Assembly (NCBI GenBank): GCA_042408215.1
Contig: JAYFMW010000003.1
Location: forward strand, 256,001-320,000
Source of the DNA: Microcoleus sp.
GTDB taxonomy: Bacteria > Cyanobacteriota > Cyanobacteriia > Cyanobacteriales > Microcoleaceae
DNA length: 64,000 bases
Direction of reading: 5' to 3'
Shown: positions 42,871 through 53,737 of the stretch, piece by piece
How positions within the stretch are numbered: the first letter of the stretch is position 1
How the letters are laid out: each line of letters starts with the position of its first letter
Made by a program: the position numbers and the translations under genes
Notes under the pieces: model-generated
Databases searched by the model: none
What the model was told of the DNA's origin: nothing
The model's input: only the letters and a program-made list of their open reading frames with translations

Positions 42871-44151
42871 ATGGGGTTATTCTGGTGGATTGCGGGGGCT
42901 GATTCCGATTTATTAGAACAATCTCATGCCGGCGATCGCATGAAATATAGCGCGATCGGGTTTTCAATTCTGTTAACTTCCTTTGCAGGTGTCTTGTCGG
43001 GTGGCTACGCCTTTTATACCACTTTTAAAGATCCTTTAGTTTCCCTCGTGTTAGGGCTATTCTGGGGATTGTTCGTTTTCAATATGGATCGCTTAATTAT
43101 CATCACGACCCATAAAGAAGAAACAATCAGTCTTCAACAAATTGGGATGGGAGCAACTCGGATTATGGTTGCTCTTTTAATAGCAGTTGTTGTGGCTAAA
43201 CCCTTAGAATTGAAAATCTTTGAAAAGCCCATTTTAGCTTACCTCGCTCAAGAGAATGCTAAAATTGCGCTAGAAATCAAAAAAGACCTGAATGAAGGAA
43301 TGCCAGAGATTGTCGAAGTAGAAGCGAAAAATCAAGGCTTGGAAAAAAGTCTCTTAGAAAAAGAGAAAAAGCGAGATTCATTGTGCAATGAATCTATTAA
43401 AGAAGCCGAAGGAATTGGCGGCACAGGCAAAGAAGGAAAAGGCCCAGTTTATGCCGAAAAACGAGCCATTTGCCTCAAGCAAGAAGAAGAATTAAAAGCC
43501 TTACGAAGCAAAATAGAACCCCAATTAGCGCAAAATCGGCAGCGTATTAGCCAACTGCAAGCCCAAAAAGACCAGCAGTTTGAGACCGTAAAAACTGCCA
43601 GAGAAAGAGCCGATGACATGATAACTCAGCTAAACGTTTTGGAGAAAATAGCCAAAAATAATCCAGCTATAGCCCATGCAAGTCACGCCATCTCTTTGCT
43701 GTTTATTGTCATAGATACGGCCCCGATATTCGCCAAATTGCTCGCCAAACGAGGCCCCTACGATGCGATGCTAGAGGAACGGGAGGAAGAAGAAAATTTG
43801 AGGGTAGAAGGAGAGCGAAAATATTTCCCAAATAAACTCGATGAGGAACAAAAACTGGAGAGAGCTTTTTACAAGGATAGCATCGAAGCAGCCTATAAGA
43901 GTCCAGAAATGGAAACAGCCAAAAATGAACTGTCTCAAAAAATTGTAGAGGGCACCCGCAAAAAATACAAGTTGGGCAGAAAAAAGCGCAGTTTCATTGA
44001 TTTCTTGTCTTCTTCTTTGGGCAATATGTTTGATTTCTTTTCAAAAAAAAAGAGCAGCAGTTTTGGACAGAAGTCCACAACAAACTCGCCACAGTCAGTC
44101 AAGAAATTCAAAATATCAAGGCCCAAAGCCTCCGGTTCCAGAGTAAAGTAA
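42871..44151 (+). CDS. DUF4407 domain membrane/coiled-coil protein (C-terminus possibly extends to 44210 via a frameshift)
   Basis: WWIAGAD..LL, FNMDR.II, AKPLELKIFEKPI, EAEG.GGTG..GKGP, IDTAPIFAKL..GPYD. Confidence 0.85.
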   Translation: MGLFWWIAGADSDLLEQSHAGDRMKYSAIGFSILLTSFAGVLSGGYAFYTTFKDPLVSLVLGLFWGLFVFNMDRLIIITTHKEETISLQQIGMGATRIMVALLIAVVVAKPLELKIFEKPILAYLAQENAKIALEIKKDLNEGMPEIVEVEAKNQGLEKSLLEKEKKRDSLCNESIKEAEGIGGTGKEGKGPVYAEKRAICLKQEEELKALRSKIEPQLAQNRQRISQLQAQKDQQFETVKTARERADDMITQLNVLEKIAKNNPAIAHASHAISLLFIVIDTAPIFAKLLAKRGPYDAMLEEREEEENLRVEGERKYFPNKLDEEQKLERAFYKDSIEAAYKSPEMETAKNELSQKIVEGTRKKYKLGRKKRSFIDFLSSSLGNMFDFFSKKKSSSFGQKSTTNSPQSVKKFKISRPKASGSRVK

Positions 44152-44344
44152 ATTCCTTTATTGCTGAAGCCACAACCAAGCTCGAAGAGTACATGAATCG
44201 TCTGTTATGACTCCAAAACCCCCGGTTTTTAATAAACCGGGGTTTTCACTTCCAAGGCTTTGCACAAAAACCGATATTTACCGACGGACAAAACATCAAT
44301 GATTCGATAGGGTATAAATATCAACTTGATCTGAGGATAAATTT

Positions 44345-44899
44345 GTGTCTAGTATTGAAAAAAGAAAACCGATGGAGTTAGTTAAGCAACAACAAGAATT
44401 AGAAGTAGTTGCGTCCCCAATTGTGCGGATGACGGATCAAGCACAGGTAGCTATTGACTCCGTGATGGCCAAGCGCGAAGGATTCTTGCAGCGGTTTTTC
44501 CCAGATGCTGCCACTCGTGCGGTTATTCGTGGGGAATTAGCATTAATTAAAGATGAATTTGAGTTTCGCAAACGCGCCTTAGCAAAAGTGCGGGAAACCC
44601 AGATTCAATCGCTGACTGAACATTGCAACCAGTATTTAGTGCGCGAGAAAGCTGCTATTCGCAGTGAAACAGCCGCGTTTTTATTGGAAAAAAAAATGGA
44701 TCTAGAAAACAAAATTAATTCTCTCTTTGAGGAATTTATTGCCCGGATGGAAGTGCAAATGGCTCAAGCTGAATTGATTGCGAACCCCACCTTAAAACGG
44801 GTGCGTCAAAACCAATTGGAAAAGTCAGTGGAAGACTTTTTTGATCTACAATCCCGTTTAGTTGACCAATTCCAAAAGATTATTTCCGAGGGAGTGTAA
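44345..44899 (+). CDS. Hypothetical helical/coiled-coil protein
   Basis: Clean ORF; GAGG upstream of the GTG start. Confidence 0.75.
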   Translation: MSSIEKRKPMELVKQQQELEVVASPIVRMTDQAQVAIDSVMAKREGFLQRFFPDAATRAVIRGELALIKDEFEFRKRALAKVRETQIQSLTEHCNQYLVREKAAIRSETAAFLLEKKMDLENKINSLFEEFIARMEVQMAQAELIANPTLKRVRQNQLEKSVEDFFDLQSRLVDQFQKIISEGV

Positions 44900-44904
44900 A
44901 TTCA

Positions 44905-45123
44905 ATGGAAGAAAAAATACGGGAGTTAGAAAATCAGCTAAAGTTCCTCAAAGAGGAATTGATTGCACAGATGGAAATGAAAATGGCTGAAGCTGAAACT
45001 CTCAAAAACCCAACCTTAAAACGGATTCGTAAAGCTCATTTGGCTAAGTCATTTCAAGATTTGGCGGATTTGCACGCACGTTTAGTTGACCAATTCCAGC
45101 GGATTATTTCTGAGGGAGTATAG
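44905..45123 (+). CDS. Small paralog of the C-terminus of the preceding protein
   Basis: NPTLKR.R...RLVDQFQ.IISEGV shared with the 44345-44899 product. Confidence 0.75.
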   Translation: MEEKIRELENQLKFLKEELIAQMEMKMAEAETLKNPTLKRIRKAHLAKSFQDLADLHARLVDQFQRIISEGV

Positions 45124-45296
45124 ACAATATAGCCGCGATGGGTTTGGGGCGGGTTTTGTTCAATCTGGGTTGGGTGACAGAAACCAGGGTGAACCCGCCC
45201 CTACCGTCGTGTGGGTTTGGGGCGCGATCGCCAGATCGCGAATATCCTGATATAATCAAATGAAAATTAAAAACTTAAAAATTTTGTGATTATACC

Positions 45297-46151
45297 ATGA
45301 CTAAACCTACAGCAACTCTTTTAATCTCCTGTCCCGATCGCAAAGGACTTGTCGCCTTACTTGCCAATTTTATCGCCTCCCATAATGGCAATATCATCCA
45401 CGCCGATCACCACACAGATTTTACCGCCGGATTATTTCTGAGCAGGCTAGAATGGCAATTAGACGGTTTTGAATTGAAAACCGAAGAAATAACACCGGCT
45501 TTTAGTGAAATTGCCAAGGATTTACAAGCCAATTGGCAATTACATTTCTCCCATAAAATTCGACGAATCGCGCTCTGGGTAAGTCGTCAAGATCATTGTT
45601 TATTAGACTTGATTTGGCGACAACGAGCTAAAGAAATCATGGGTGAAATTCCCCTGATTATCAGTAACCATGAAAATCTCAAGCCCATAGCCGCACAATA
45701 CGGTATCGACTTTGAGTATATTCCCATTACCAAAGACACGAAAGCTATTCAAGAAGCACAACAGTTAGAACTTCTTAAGAAGTATAACATTGATTTAGTA
45801 GTTTTGGCGAAATATATGCAAATTTTGAGTCAAGACTTTATGATCAAATTTCCCCATGTGATTAATATTCACCATTCATTTTTACCCGCGTTTGTGGGTG
45901 CAAATCCCTACGAAAGGGCTTATGAAAGAGGGGTTAAAATTATTGGTGCAACAGCCCACTATGTTACACCAGATTTAGATGCTGGCCCGATTATCGAACA
46001 AGATGTTGTCCGTGTGAGTCACCGCGATGAAGTGTCGGATTTAGTTCGCAAAGGTAAAGATTTAGAAAGAGTTGTTTTAGCAAGAGCCGTGCGATATCAT
46101 TTACAAAATCGTGTTTTAGTTTATGGCAATCGCACTGTTGTTTTTGCTTGA
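45297..46151 (+). CDS. purU: Formyltetrahydrofolate deformylase
   Basis: ACT domain, LAKYMQIL, INIHHSFLP, GATAHYV, LDAGPIIEQ. Confidence 0.96.
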   Translation: MTKPTATLLISCPDRKGLVALLANFIASHNGNIIHADHHTDFTAGLFLSRLEWQLDGFELKTEEITPAFSEIAKDLQANWQLHFSHKIRRIALWVSRQDHCLLDLIWRQRAKEIMGEIPLIISNHENLKPIAAQYGIDFEYIPITKDTKAIQEAQQLELLKKYNIDLVVLAKYMQILSQDFMIKFPHVINIHHSFLPAFVGANPYERAYERGVKIIGATAHYVTPDLDAGPIIEQDVVRVSHRDEVSDLVRKGKDLERVVLARAVRYHLQNRVLVYGNRTVVFA

Positions 46152-46410
46152 CAATTAAGTCTCATACCAAATCCTGGTTTGTTACCCATTTTATCGCTCG
46201 GCGATTGAAATCGCTACACAAACGAAGTCCGCGCGGACTGAATAAAAGACGGATGATCAAAGCGGATTTGGTATAGCAACCCTAAATCATTTGCGTAATT
46301 ATTGTAGGGGCAATCCCCCCGTGGTTGCCCCGATAGATAGGGGGTAGGCACTCTTGGCACTACCCCTACAAATTTATCTGAATGATTTAGGATTGCTATA
46401 TGACTAATTA

Positions 46411-47046
46411 CTAATTGCTAAAAGGTGGTAGCTGAAGTAACTGGTTTTTAGCAGGTGGAAGTTGGGCGGGATTTCTGCCAGTTTGAGCGGGAGTTTGGCG
46501 GATTTCGATCGCACTTTCGCCTGGATTTTCCGTGGTAGTAGGTACTATCTCTAAAGAATATACTGTCTCGGTTCTTACAGAGGCAGGATTTTGTGCTTTT
46601 GTGAGCAAGTCAATGGCATCTCCGAGAGCGGTAGTTAAATTTTTGCTAGTTTCGGCGTGGCGGGCTTGTTCTTGCTGGAGGGCTTGAGTGAGTTGTTTGA
46701 TTTGTTCGATCGCCCGATCGCGCTCTGAGAGTACCATAACTAATTTAGCTTTAAGTTCGCCAACTGTTCGCTGTTTTTCAACTTCCTGCTGGCGAGCAAT
46801 TCCAGCTTCGTCGCCTTCAGAGACAATGGGGGAGAAAGTTTGGAGTTGCTGTATTTGTGCTTCCAAATTGGCGATCGTTTGCTGACTTAATTTAACATCA
46901 TTCCGCCGCTGTTCTGATTCGGTATTATAGAGTTGTCGCCACTGAGCCGCACTTTCACTAGCCTCATCTCGATCGCGCGATGCTTCTGTTAACTGCTGTT
47001 GCAGTCGCTTAATTTCATCTAACCACTGTCTGACATCCTGAGTCAT
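46411..47046 (-). CDS. Hypothetical coiled-coil protein
   Basis: QDVRQWLDEI...WRQLYNTE...LTTALGDAIDLL. Confidence 0.75.
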   Translation of the reverse strand: MTQDVRQWLDEIKRLQQQLTEASRDRDEASESAAQWRQLYNTESEQRRNDVKLSQQTIANLEAQIQQLQTFSPIVSEGDEAGIARQQEVEKQRTVGELKAKLVMVLSERDRAIEQIKQLTQALQQEQARHAETSKNLTTALGDAIDLLTKAQNPASVRTETVYSLEIVPTTTENPGESAIEIRQTPAQTGRNPAQLPPAKNQLLQLPPFSN

Positions 47047-47148
47047 AATATTGATTTTAGATTTTAGATTTTAGATTGGTCATTAGTCATTAGTCATTAG
47101 TCATTGGTTATTAGTCATTGGAAATTGGGAATTAGGAATTTGTGCGTT

Positions 47149-48165
47149 ATGAACATTTTTTACTGGCTGCGCTACCTGATTTTAGCTTTGTTTAGGGTGG
47201 TTGTGAGGCTGCTGAGAGCGATCGAAAAGAAATTTGGTCACTTTTGGCTTTTTTGTCGGTGTTTGACTTGGCGCACGCTTAAGGAAGTATGCGTGAAGGC
47301 AGGAGAGCAGCGGTTGCCGGGACTGTCGGCGGAAATGGCCTACAATTCTATGCTGGCGCTGTTTCCGGGGCTGTTGGCTGTGTTATCGGCGATCGGGCTA
47401 TTTGAATCTTTGCAATCAACACTTTATCAAATCGCCGGTCTTTTAGGCGAAGTCATACCCGATGAAGTCCGAAAATTGATTCGCAGTTCCCTCGAAGAAA
47501 TCCTTTTATATCGCAACCAAGAACTATTTTCTCTGAGTTTTGTAGCATCCTTGTGGGCATTTTCTGGAGTAATGAGCGCGGCAATGGCTGCACTCGATCG
47601 CATCCATGAAATCTCCCCCGATCGAACTCGGTCTTTTTTGAAAGCAAAACTTATTGCTTTGGCGCTAAGTATCGGCACAATCATACTATTAATTATAGCA
47701 TCTGGAGCAGTATTTGTCAGCGACTTAATTGTACAAGCTATTGCCCGCCAGAGTTGTCTGCTGGAGTCCGTTGCTAATTGCAATTTAAAAGAGTTTAAAA
47801 GTTGCCTGCTCCCCGCCGCAAGTTGCCCTTTAGAGTCTGAACTTTTAGCTATTTGGGGGCTGTGGCGCTGGCCGAGTTCTTTGGGAATTGTATCAGTTGC
47901 CTTTGCCTTTGTTTACCGCTACGGGCCCAGCCGACACCAACGAGACATTCCGATTTTTTCCGGCGCTGTTTTTGCAGCTATTTTGTGGGCGTTGATTTCA
48001 GCTTTGTTTCGGTTTTATGTTTTGCATTTGGGCAATTACAGTTGGACTTACGGGACGATAGGCACTTTTATTGTTTTGCTGTTGTGGCTCTATCTTTGTT
48101 CTTTGGTGATGCTGATTGGCGCTCAGTTGAATGTGACAGTTGGGAAAGCAATGAAACTCAAATAA
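47149..48165 (+). CDS. YihY/virulence factor BrkB family membrane protein
   Basis: GLSAEMAY..MLALFP, VYRYGP, YGTIG...LLLWLYL...IGAQLN. Confidence 0.9.
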   Translation: MNIFYWLRYLILALFRVVVRLLRAIEKKFGHFWLFCRCLTWRTLKEVCVKAGEQRLPGLSAEMAYNSMLALFPGLLAVLSAIGLFESLQSTLYQIAGLLGEVIPDEVRKLIRSSLEEILLYRNQELFSLSFVASLWAFSGVMSAAMAALDRIHEISPDRTRSFLKAKLIALALSIGTIILLIIASGAVFVSDLIVQAIARQSCLLESVANCNLKEFKSCLLPAASCPLESELLAIWGLWRWPSSLGIVSVAFAFVYRYGPSRHQRDIPIFSGAVFAAILWALISALFRFYVLHLGNYSWTYGTIGTFIVLLLWLYLCSLVMLIGAQLNVTVGKAMKLK

Positions 48166-48311
48166 TGGGCATTAGGAATTGGGAATTGGGAATTGGGCAT
48201 TGGGCATTGGGCATTGGGCATTGGTTATTATTTGTTATTTGCTCCCTCTTTCCTCTTCCTTCTTCCTGACATCTGTTACATCTATTACATCCGTTACATC
48301 CGTTACATAAT
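48165..48311. repeat. Heptamer (TTGGGCA/TTGGGAA) and 9-mer (ATCCGTTAC) tandem repeats
   Basis: Seen directly. Confidence 0.8.
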
Positions 48312-48354
48312 CCGTTGCCGAACTTCCTTCTTTTATTAATTTCCCGATAGCCGC

Positions 48355-48519
48355 TCACCTACGCAGTAAAGTGCTGAGGATACCCGCAACAAAAGAAAGC
48401 AAAATCAGTATCCAAATAACAGCACCGGGAAGGAATGTCAAGAGGCCAACACCTCTCAGAATCCAAACTAGCAAGGTTATACCTAGGATAGTGAAAAAGA
48501 TGCCGGTTGATAGTCGCAT
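48355..48519 (-). CDS. Small two-TM membrane protein
   Basis: ILGITLLVWILRGVGLLTFLPGAVIWILILLS; start uncertain (48519 or 48543). Confidence 0.7.
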   Translation of the reverse strand: MRLSTGIFFTILGITLLVWILRGVGLLTFLPGAVIWILILLSFVAGILSTLLRR

Positions 48520-48541
48520 TTGAAATTTAGGAGAATTAGTC

Positions 48542-49204
48542 ATGTTGAATGTCAAAATTTTGTCTGGATCAATGATAGCTGTTTTGTTGGCGATCGGCTC
48601 TTATCTGGGAGCAATTTCGACTCCCGGTGTCGCTGTCGCCCGTGGGGGTACGAATCCGCTACCAGAAGCGGCAAATGCAGCTCAAAAAACACCCTCTGCA
48701 AGTTTAACAATTTCCGATCGCACAATTGGAGCAGCTCAGGCGGGGATGACTTTCGGACAACTGAAAAAGGCTCTGGGTTCCACGGCGCAGTTTAAGGTCG
48801 AATCTCCTTTTATGGTAGACTTTGATGCTGTGGCTGTCAGCCAGTCGGGAAAAGTGCAATATCGGATTATTTATGCTGCGGGTACAAAGCTTAAAGATGG
48901 CGATGTCATTGAACTTTTAAGGACTGACAATGCCAATTATAAAACAGTTGAGGGTGTCGGGCCGGGAATGACTCTGAAACAAGCAGAGGCAATTTACGGC
49001 AAAGCTACTTTATCTTATAATGTGGATAATGAAATGAGAGAAAATGTAGTTTTTGCCAAGCAACCCACTAAAAAGATTATGTTTGTTCCCAAGGCTGAAG
49101 GGAAGCAATTTGCGGGAGTTTATGGCGCTGGTAAAGGGGGTTTTTATCAGACTAATAAGTATCAGCCGAATGCTGTGATTAAGTCTGTGATGGTGCGGAA
49201 GTGA
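48542..49204 (+). CDS. Hypothetical exported protein
   Basis: AGGAG RBS, signal peptide, internal duplicated GMT..Q...(L/Y)G motif. Confidence 0.75.
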   Translation: MLNVKILSGSMIAVLLAIGSYLGAISTPGVAVARGGTNPLPEAANAAQKTPSASLTISDRTIGAAQAGMTFGQLKKALGSTAQFKVESPFMVDFDAVAVSQSGKVQYRIIYAAGTKLKDGDVIELLRTDNANYKTVEGVGPGMTLKQAEAIYGKATLSYNVDNEMRENVVFAKQPTKKIMFVPKAEGKQFAGVYGAGKGGFYQTNKYQPNAVIKSVMVRK

Positions 49205-49305
49205 ATTAGCAGCCGGAATGATATAGAGGACACGGCAGTGCCGTTTCCCTACCTTCATTAATCGTAGGGACACGGCACTGCCGTTTCCTGATTTCTTATC
49301 TCAAA

Positions 49306-51921
49306 CTATTTAACAGTCACCAACTGGGCAGGCAGCCTTTTAAACGCCAACCTTTCATTCTCGATATCCACAAAAATCGTATCCCCATCCACAAAATCTC
49401 CCCGCAAAATACCCTTCGCCATTTGCGTTTCCAACTCCCGTTGAATTCCCCGCTTCAAAGGCCGCGCACCATACACCGGATCGTACCCTATTTCTGCTAA
49501 GAAATCAAGCGCAGATTCCGACAATTTCAGAGACATTTTGCGTTCCGCCAAACGTTTTTCCAGACGCTTAACTTGCAACAGCACAATCTGCCGCAATTCG
49601 CTCTTAGTCAAACTTTTGAAAATAATCATCTCATCAATCCGGTTCAAGAATTCCGGGCGGAAAGTAGCCCGCATCGCCTCCATCACCCGACTCCGCATTT
49701 GTTCCTCATCTCCCGCCACATCTAAAATGTATTGAGAGCCGACATTCGATGTCATAATAATCACAGAATTCTTAAAGTCTACTGTGTGACCTTGGGCGTC
49801 GGTAACGCGGCCATCGTCGAGAATTTGCAGCATAATATTGAAGACATCCGGGTGCGCTTTCTCGATTTCATCGAATAGAATCACCGAGTAAGGACGGCGA
49901 CGCACAGCCTCAGTTAACTGTCCACCTTCATCGTAGCCGACGTATCCAGGAGGCGCACCAATTAACCGCGAAACTGCGTGTTTTTCCATGTATTCCGACA
50001 TATCAATTCGCACGATCGCCTCTTCGGTATCAAACAGATAAGACGCTAATGCTTTGGCTAATTCGGTTTTGCCCACACCCGTCGGGCCGAGGAATATAAA
50101 ACTAGCAACCGGACGGTTTGGATCGGCTAAACCTGCGCGCGATCGCACAATTGCATCTGCAACCGCCGTCACCGCTTCATCCTGTCCAATTACCCGCTTG
50201 TGCAGTTCATCTTCCAAGTGCAAAAGTTTCTGCATTTCCGATGCAACTAACTTGCTAATCGGAATTCCCGTCCACTTAGAAATAATCTCGGCAATGTCAG
50301 CTTCGGTGACTTCTTCCCGCAGCAAACTTTTACCGGTAATTTGACTTTCCGACAGTTGAGATTCAGCTTCGTGCAGTTGTTTTTGCAACTGGGTTAACGT
50401 GCCGTATTTCAACTCAGCAGCGCGGTTTAGGTCGTATTTCAACTCAGCTTGTTGAATTTCAATGTTAACCTTGTCAATCTGTTCTTTAATCTTTTGAATG
50501 CTGTCAATGACACCTTTTTCCGATTGCCACTGAGCGTTCAAACCGCTTTGAGTTTCCTTGAGGTTGGCTAAGTCTTTTTCCAATTTTTCCAAACGGTCGA
50601 TCGATGCAGCATTGCTTTCTTTTTGCAGCGACAGTCTTTCCATTTCTAGCTGCAAAATTTTGCGATCGATTTCGTCTAATTCTTCCGGCTTGGAGGTAAT
50701 CTCCATTTTGAGTTTAGCCGCCGCTTCGTCCATTAAATCAATGGCTTTGTCCGGCAAAAAGCGATCGCTAATATATCGAGTAGACAAAGTAGCCGCCGCC
50801 ACTAGGGCGCTGTCGGAGATTTTTACGCCGTGATGCACTTCGTACCGTTCTTTCAAACCCCGCAGAATTGAGATAGTATCTTCAACAGTTGGTTGGTCAA
50901 CATAAACTTGTTGAAAACGGCGTTCTAGTGCTGCATCTTTTTCCAGATACTTGCGGTATTCATCGAGAGTTGTAGCACCAATACAGCGCAATTCTCCCCT
51001 CGCTAACATCGGTTTTAGCAAGTTGCCGGCATCCATCGAGCCTTGAGTTGCACCCGCACCGACAACGGTGTGAATTTCATCAATAAATAAGATGACTTTC
51101 CCGTTACTATCCATAACTTCTTTGAGCACCGCTTTCAAGCGTTCTTCAAATTCTCCCCGGAATTTTGCACCGGCAATTAATGCACCCATATCTAAGCTAA
51201 TTAATTGTCGGTCTTTGAGAGATTGCGGCACATCTCCGGTGATAATTCGTTGGGCTAGTCCTTCGGCGATCGCAGTTTTACCTACTCCCGGTTCCCCAAT
51301 CAATACGGGGTTATTTTTGGTGCGACGGCTCAAAATTTGAATCGTGCGGCGGATTTCGTCATCCCGTCCGATTACCGGATCGAGTTTACCTTGACGCGCT
51401 GCTTCTGTCAAATCTCTGCCGTATTTTTCCAGCGCTTCGTATTTACCTTCTGGATTTTGATCGGTCACTTTGTTCTTCCCCCGGACTTGGGTAATTAGAT
51501 CTTTGAGCTTGGCTTCATCTAGTTTAAATTCTTGCAACAGATTTTTGCCAAAGCGATCGTCCTTAATGTATCCTAATATCAGATGTTCGATCGAAATAAA
51601 TTCATCGCCATAGTCTTTCCGATAAATTTCGGCGCGATCGAGCAAAGTGTCAAGAGAACGACCGAGATAAACATTGTTCCCGCTTCCAGAGATTTTCGGC
51701 TGGCGGCTGATGAATTCGTCTGTGCGATCGCGCAATTTAGCTAATGGTACGCCTGCTTTGTTAAATAAGCTGCTAGCAAGTCCCGATTCTTGTTCCAGCA
51801 AAGCTTTCATCAAGTGTTCGCTTTCTAGCTGCTGCTGCTGGGCTGCTTTGACGAGTTCGGGGGTGCGGGCTAGGGCTTCCCAGGCTTTTTCGGTAAATTG
51901 GTTGGGATTATTCGGTTGCAT
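49306..51921 (-). CDS. clpB: ATP-dependent chaperone ClpB
   Basis: Two AAA+ modules ([16 protein letters not shown]) and middle coiled coil; start MQPNNP. Confidence 0.97.
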   Translation of the reverse strand: MQPNNPNQFTEKAWEALARTPELVKAAQQQQLESEHLMKALLEQESGLASSLFNKAGVPLAKLRDRTDEFISRQPKISGSGNNVYLGRSLDTLLDRAEIYRKDYGDEFISIEHLILGYIKDDRFGKNLLQEFKLDEAKLKDLITQVRGKNKVTDQNPEGKYEALEKYGRDLTEAARQGKLDPVIGRDDEIRRTIQILSRRTKNNPVLIGEPGVGKTAIAEGLAQRIITGDVPQSLKDRQLISLDMGALIAGAKFRGEFEERLKAVLKEVMDSNGKVILFIDEIHTVVGAGATQGSMDAGNLLKPMLARGELRCIGATTLDEYRKYLEKDAALERRFQQVYVDQPTVEDTISILRGLKERYEVHHGVKISDSALVAAATLSTRYISDRFLPDKAIDLMDEAAAKLKMEITSKPEELDEIDRKILQLEMERLSLQKESNAASIDRLEKLEKDLANLKETQSGLNAQWQSEKGVIDSIQKIKEQIDKVNIEIQQAELKYDLNRAAELKYGTLTQLQKQLHEAESQLSESQITGKSLLREEVTEADIAEIISKWTGIPISKLVASEMQKLLHLEDELHKRVIGQDEAVTAVADAIVRSRAGLADPNRPVASFIFLGPTGVGKTELAKALASYLFDTEEAIVRIDMSEYMEKHAVSRLIGAPPGYVGYDEGGQLTEAVRRRPYSVILFDEIEKAHPDVFNIMLQILDDGRVTDAQGHTVDFKNSVIIMTSNVGSQYILDVAGDEEQMRSRVMEAMRATFRPEFLNRIDEMIIFKSLTKSELRQIVLLQVKRLEKRLAERKMSLKLSESALDFLAEIGYDPVYGARPLKRGIQRELETQMAKGILRGDFVDGDTIFVDIENERLAFKRLPAQLVTVK

Positions 51922-52295
51922 AAATTTTAATCTCCTGAATTGAAAGCGATCGATATTGTAGAGGCAAATGATTGATTGCCGGTACAATTATCATTGTAGA
52001 GAATTAATGGCGGGCGATCGGATCGGTGTTCCCCTATCTTTAGATAGATATTTCCGTCCTTTGTCGCAGTCTCTCGCAGCCAAAAGCGCCTAAAAGTGCG
52101 ATCGACCCTCAAGCTGCTAATTACTGCTAATTACTAAGAAAATTGGTAGAATGGCAAAAGTAATGTTAGGAAAAAAACTGTAAATAGAGTGTGGTAATGT
52201 GCCTTGTAATTAATTATAATAGTCCGCAGCGCGTCATCGGAGCGCTGAACAGCCAAAATTTGATATGATATTATTCAAATATTTATTATAGATCC

Positions 52296-52970
52296 ATGTC
52301 CGAATCCCGAACACTTGAGTCAGCCGTAGAATTTGCCGAAAATTCAGAGCCGCGCTGTCCATGTATCCTGTTGCTAGACGTTTCCTACTCTATGTCCGGC
52401 GCACCCATTAATGCCTTAAATGAGGGATTACGCATCTTCAGAGACGGGCTGAATCAAGATGGATTAACCAAGAAGCGCGTTGAAATAGCTATTGTTACCT
52501 TTGGTAGTAAAGTAAAGGTGGTTCAGGAATTTGTGACTGTCGATCGGTTTTGGCCACAGACAATAAAAGTGGGAGGAGCAACCTACATGGGAGCTGGAAT
52601 TGACAAAGCTTTAGACATTCTTCAAGCCCGAAAAGCCCTATATAACGCGAATGCAATCAGTTATTATCGCCCTTGGGTATTTATGATTACAGATGGTGAA
52701 CCCACTGACAATGATCTTGTTGTCGATCGCGCAGCCCAACGGATTCGGGATGAGGAAGCTAGAAAAAAAGTTGCTTTCTTTGCTGTGGGTGTAGAAGGGG
52801 TTAACATGACCCGCCTCAGTCAAATTGTCGTCCGCACACCTGTGAAGTTAAAAGGGCTGAAATTTCGGGAGATGTTCCTATGGCTGTCAGCTAGTATGGA
52901 TAGAGTATCTCATTCTAAATTAGATGAACAAGTCCCCCTGAAATCGCCCGCCGGATGGGGTTCTGTTTGA
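52296..52970 (+). CDS. TerY-like vWA domain protein, copy 1
   Basis: EPRCPCILLLDVSYSM (MIDAS), YYRPWVFMITDGEP, F.WLSASM. Confidence 0.92.
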   Translation: MSESRTLESAVEFAENSEPRCPCILLLDVSYSMSGAPINALNEGLRIFRDGLNQDGLTKKRVEIAIVTFGSKVKVVQEFVTVDRFWPQTIKVGGATYMGAGIDKALDILQARKALYNANAISYYRPWVFMITDGEPTDNDLVVDRAAQRIRDEEARKKVAFFAVGVEGVNMTRLSQIVVRTPVKLKGLKFREMFLWLSASMDRVSHSKLDEQVPLKSPAGWGSV

Positions 52971-53025
52971 TGAATTACCAAGTTGAGTTTAAGCCGAAAG
53001 GGAGCAAAGATTTAGAATCTTTGCA
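52970..53025 (+). pseudogene. RelE/ParE-like toxin N-terminal remnant, truncated at a MITE
   Basis: MNYQVEFKPKGSKDLESL, ATG overlapping the TerY stop. Confidence 0.55.
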
Positions 53026-53137
53026 TGGGAGCTCAGCCACCGGTTTTTTTACGAAAATACTTCCTTAGAGCATCGCAGACTCGGTAAAAACCCGGTTTCT
53101 AGGAGTCGGAGTGCGTCCAAGACTGGAGGAAATATCA

Positions 53138-53335
53138 ATGATTCCGTTACATCCTGAGTTTATTACCAAAAACGGCAAAAAAGAATTTGTAGTGATACCT
53201 TAAAAAGAATTTGCAGCACTGCAATAATTAATTGCCGATCGGGAAGATTTAATGGATTTGAGGGCGGCAAAAAAGGAAGATGCAAATCTGTATTCAGTGC
53301 CGTTAGTAGAGGTGAAAAGAATCTTAGGATTATAG
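53138..53335 (+). pseudogene. Antitoxin-like gene copy with two in-frame TAA stops
   Basis: Homologous to 54661-54858; CCT TAA and CAA TAA. Confidence 0.8.
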
Positions 53336-53410
53336 AGGGTTGTGGTGGGGATTAGTATGCAATTTAACCGTCAATCTAACAGAATCCGTTGCCGAACTTC
53401 CTGACCTCCG

Positions 53411-53593
53411 TTATACCAATTTTTTATGAGGCTGCATAGAATCTGATCCCCCCCTAACCAAGGGCGGGCACGGGGGCACCGCCCCTACATTCGGGGGGGG
53501 ACAGGAGTCTTATCAAAGTCACCCCCTACTCCCCTTCTTAAGGGGGATTTAGGGGGATCGAGATATGTGCAACGACCCATTAAATTGGTATAA
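53411..53593. mobile_element. MITE with TTATACCAATTT/AAATTGGTATAA terminal IRs containing the CCCCCT palindrome and a REP
   Basis: IRs seen directly; lies at the junction of the terY duplication. Confidence 0.65.
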
Positions 53594-53737
53594 GGGCAAA
53601 AGTAATGTTAGGAAAAAAACTGTAAATAGAGTGTGGTAATGTGCCTTGTAATTAATTATAATAGTCCGCAGCGCGTCATCGGAGCGCTGAACAGCCAAAA
53701 TATGGTATGATATTATTCAAATATTTATCCTACAACC

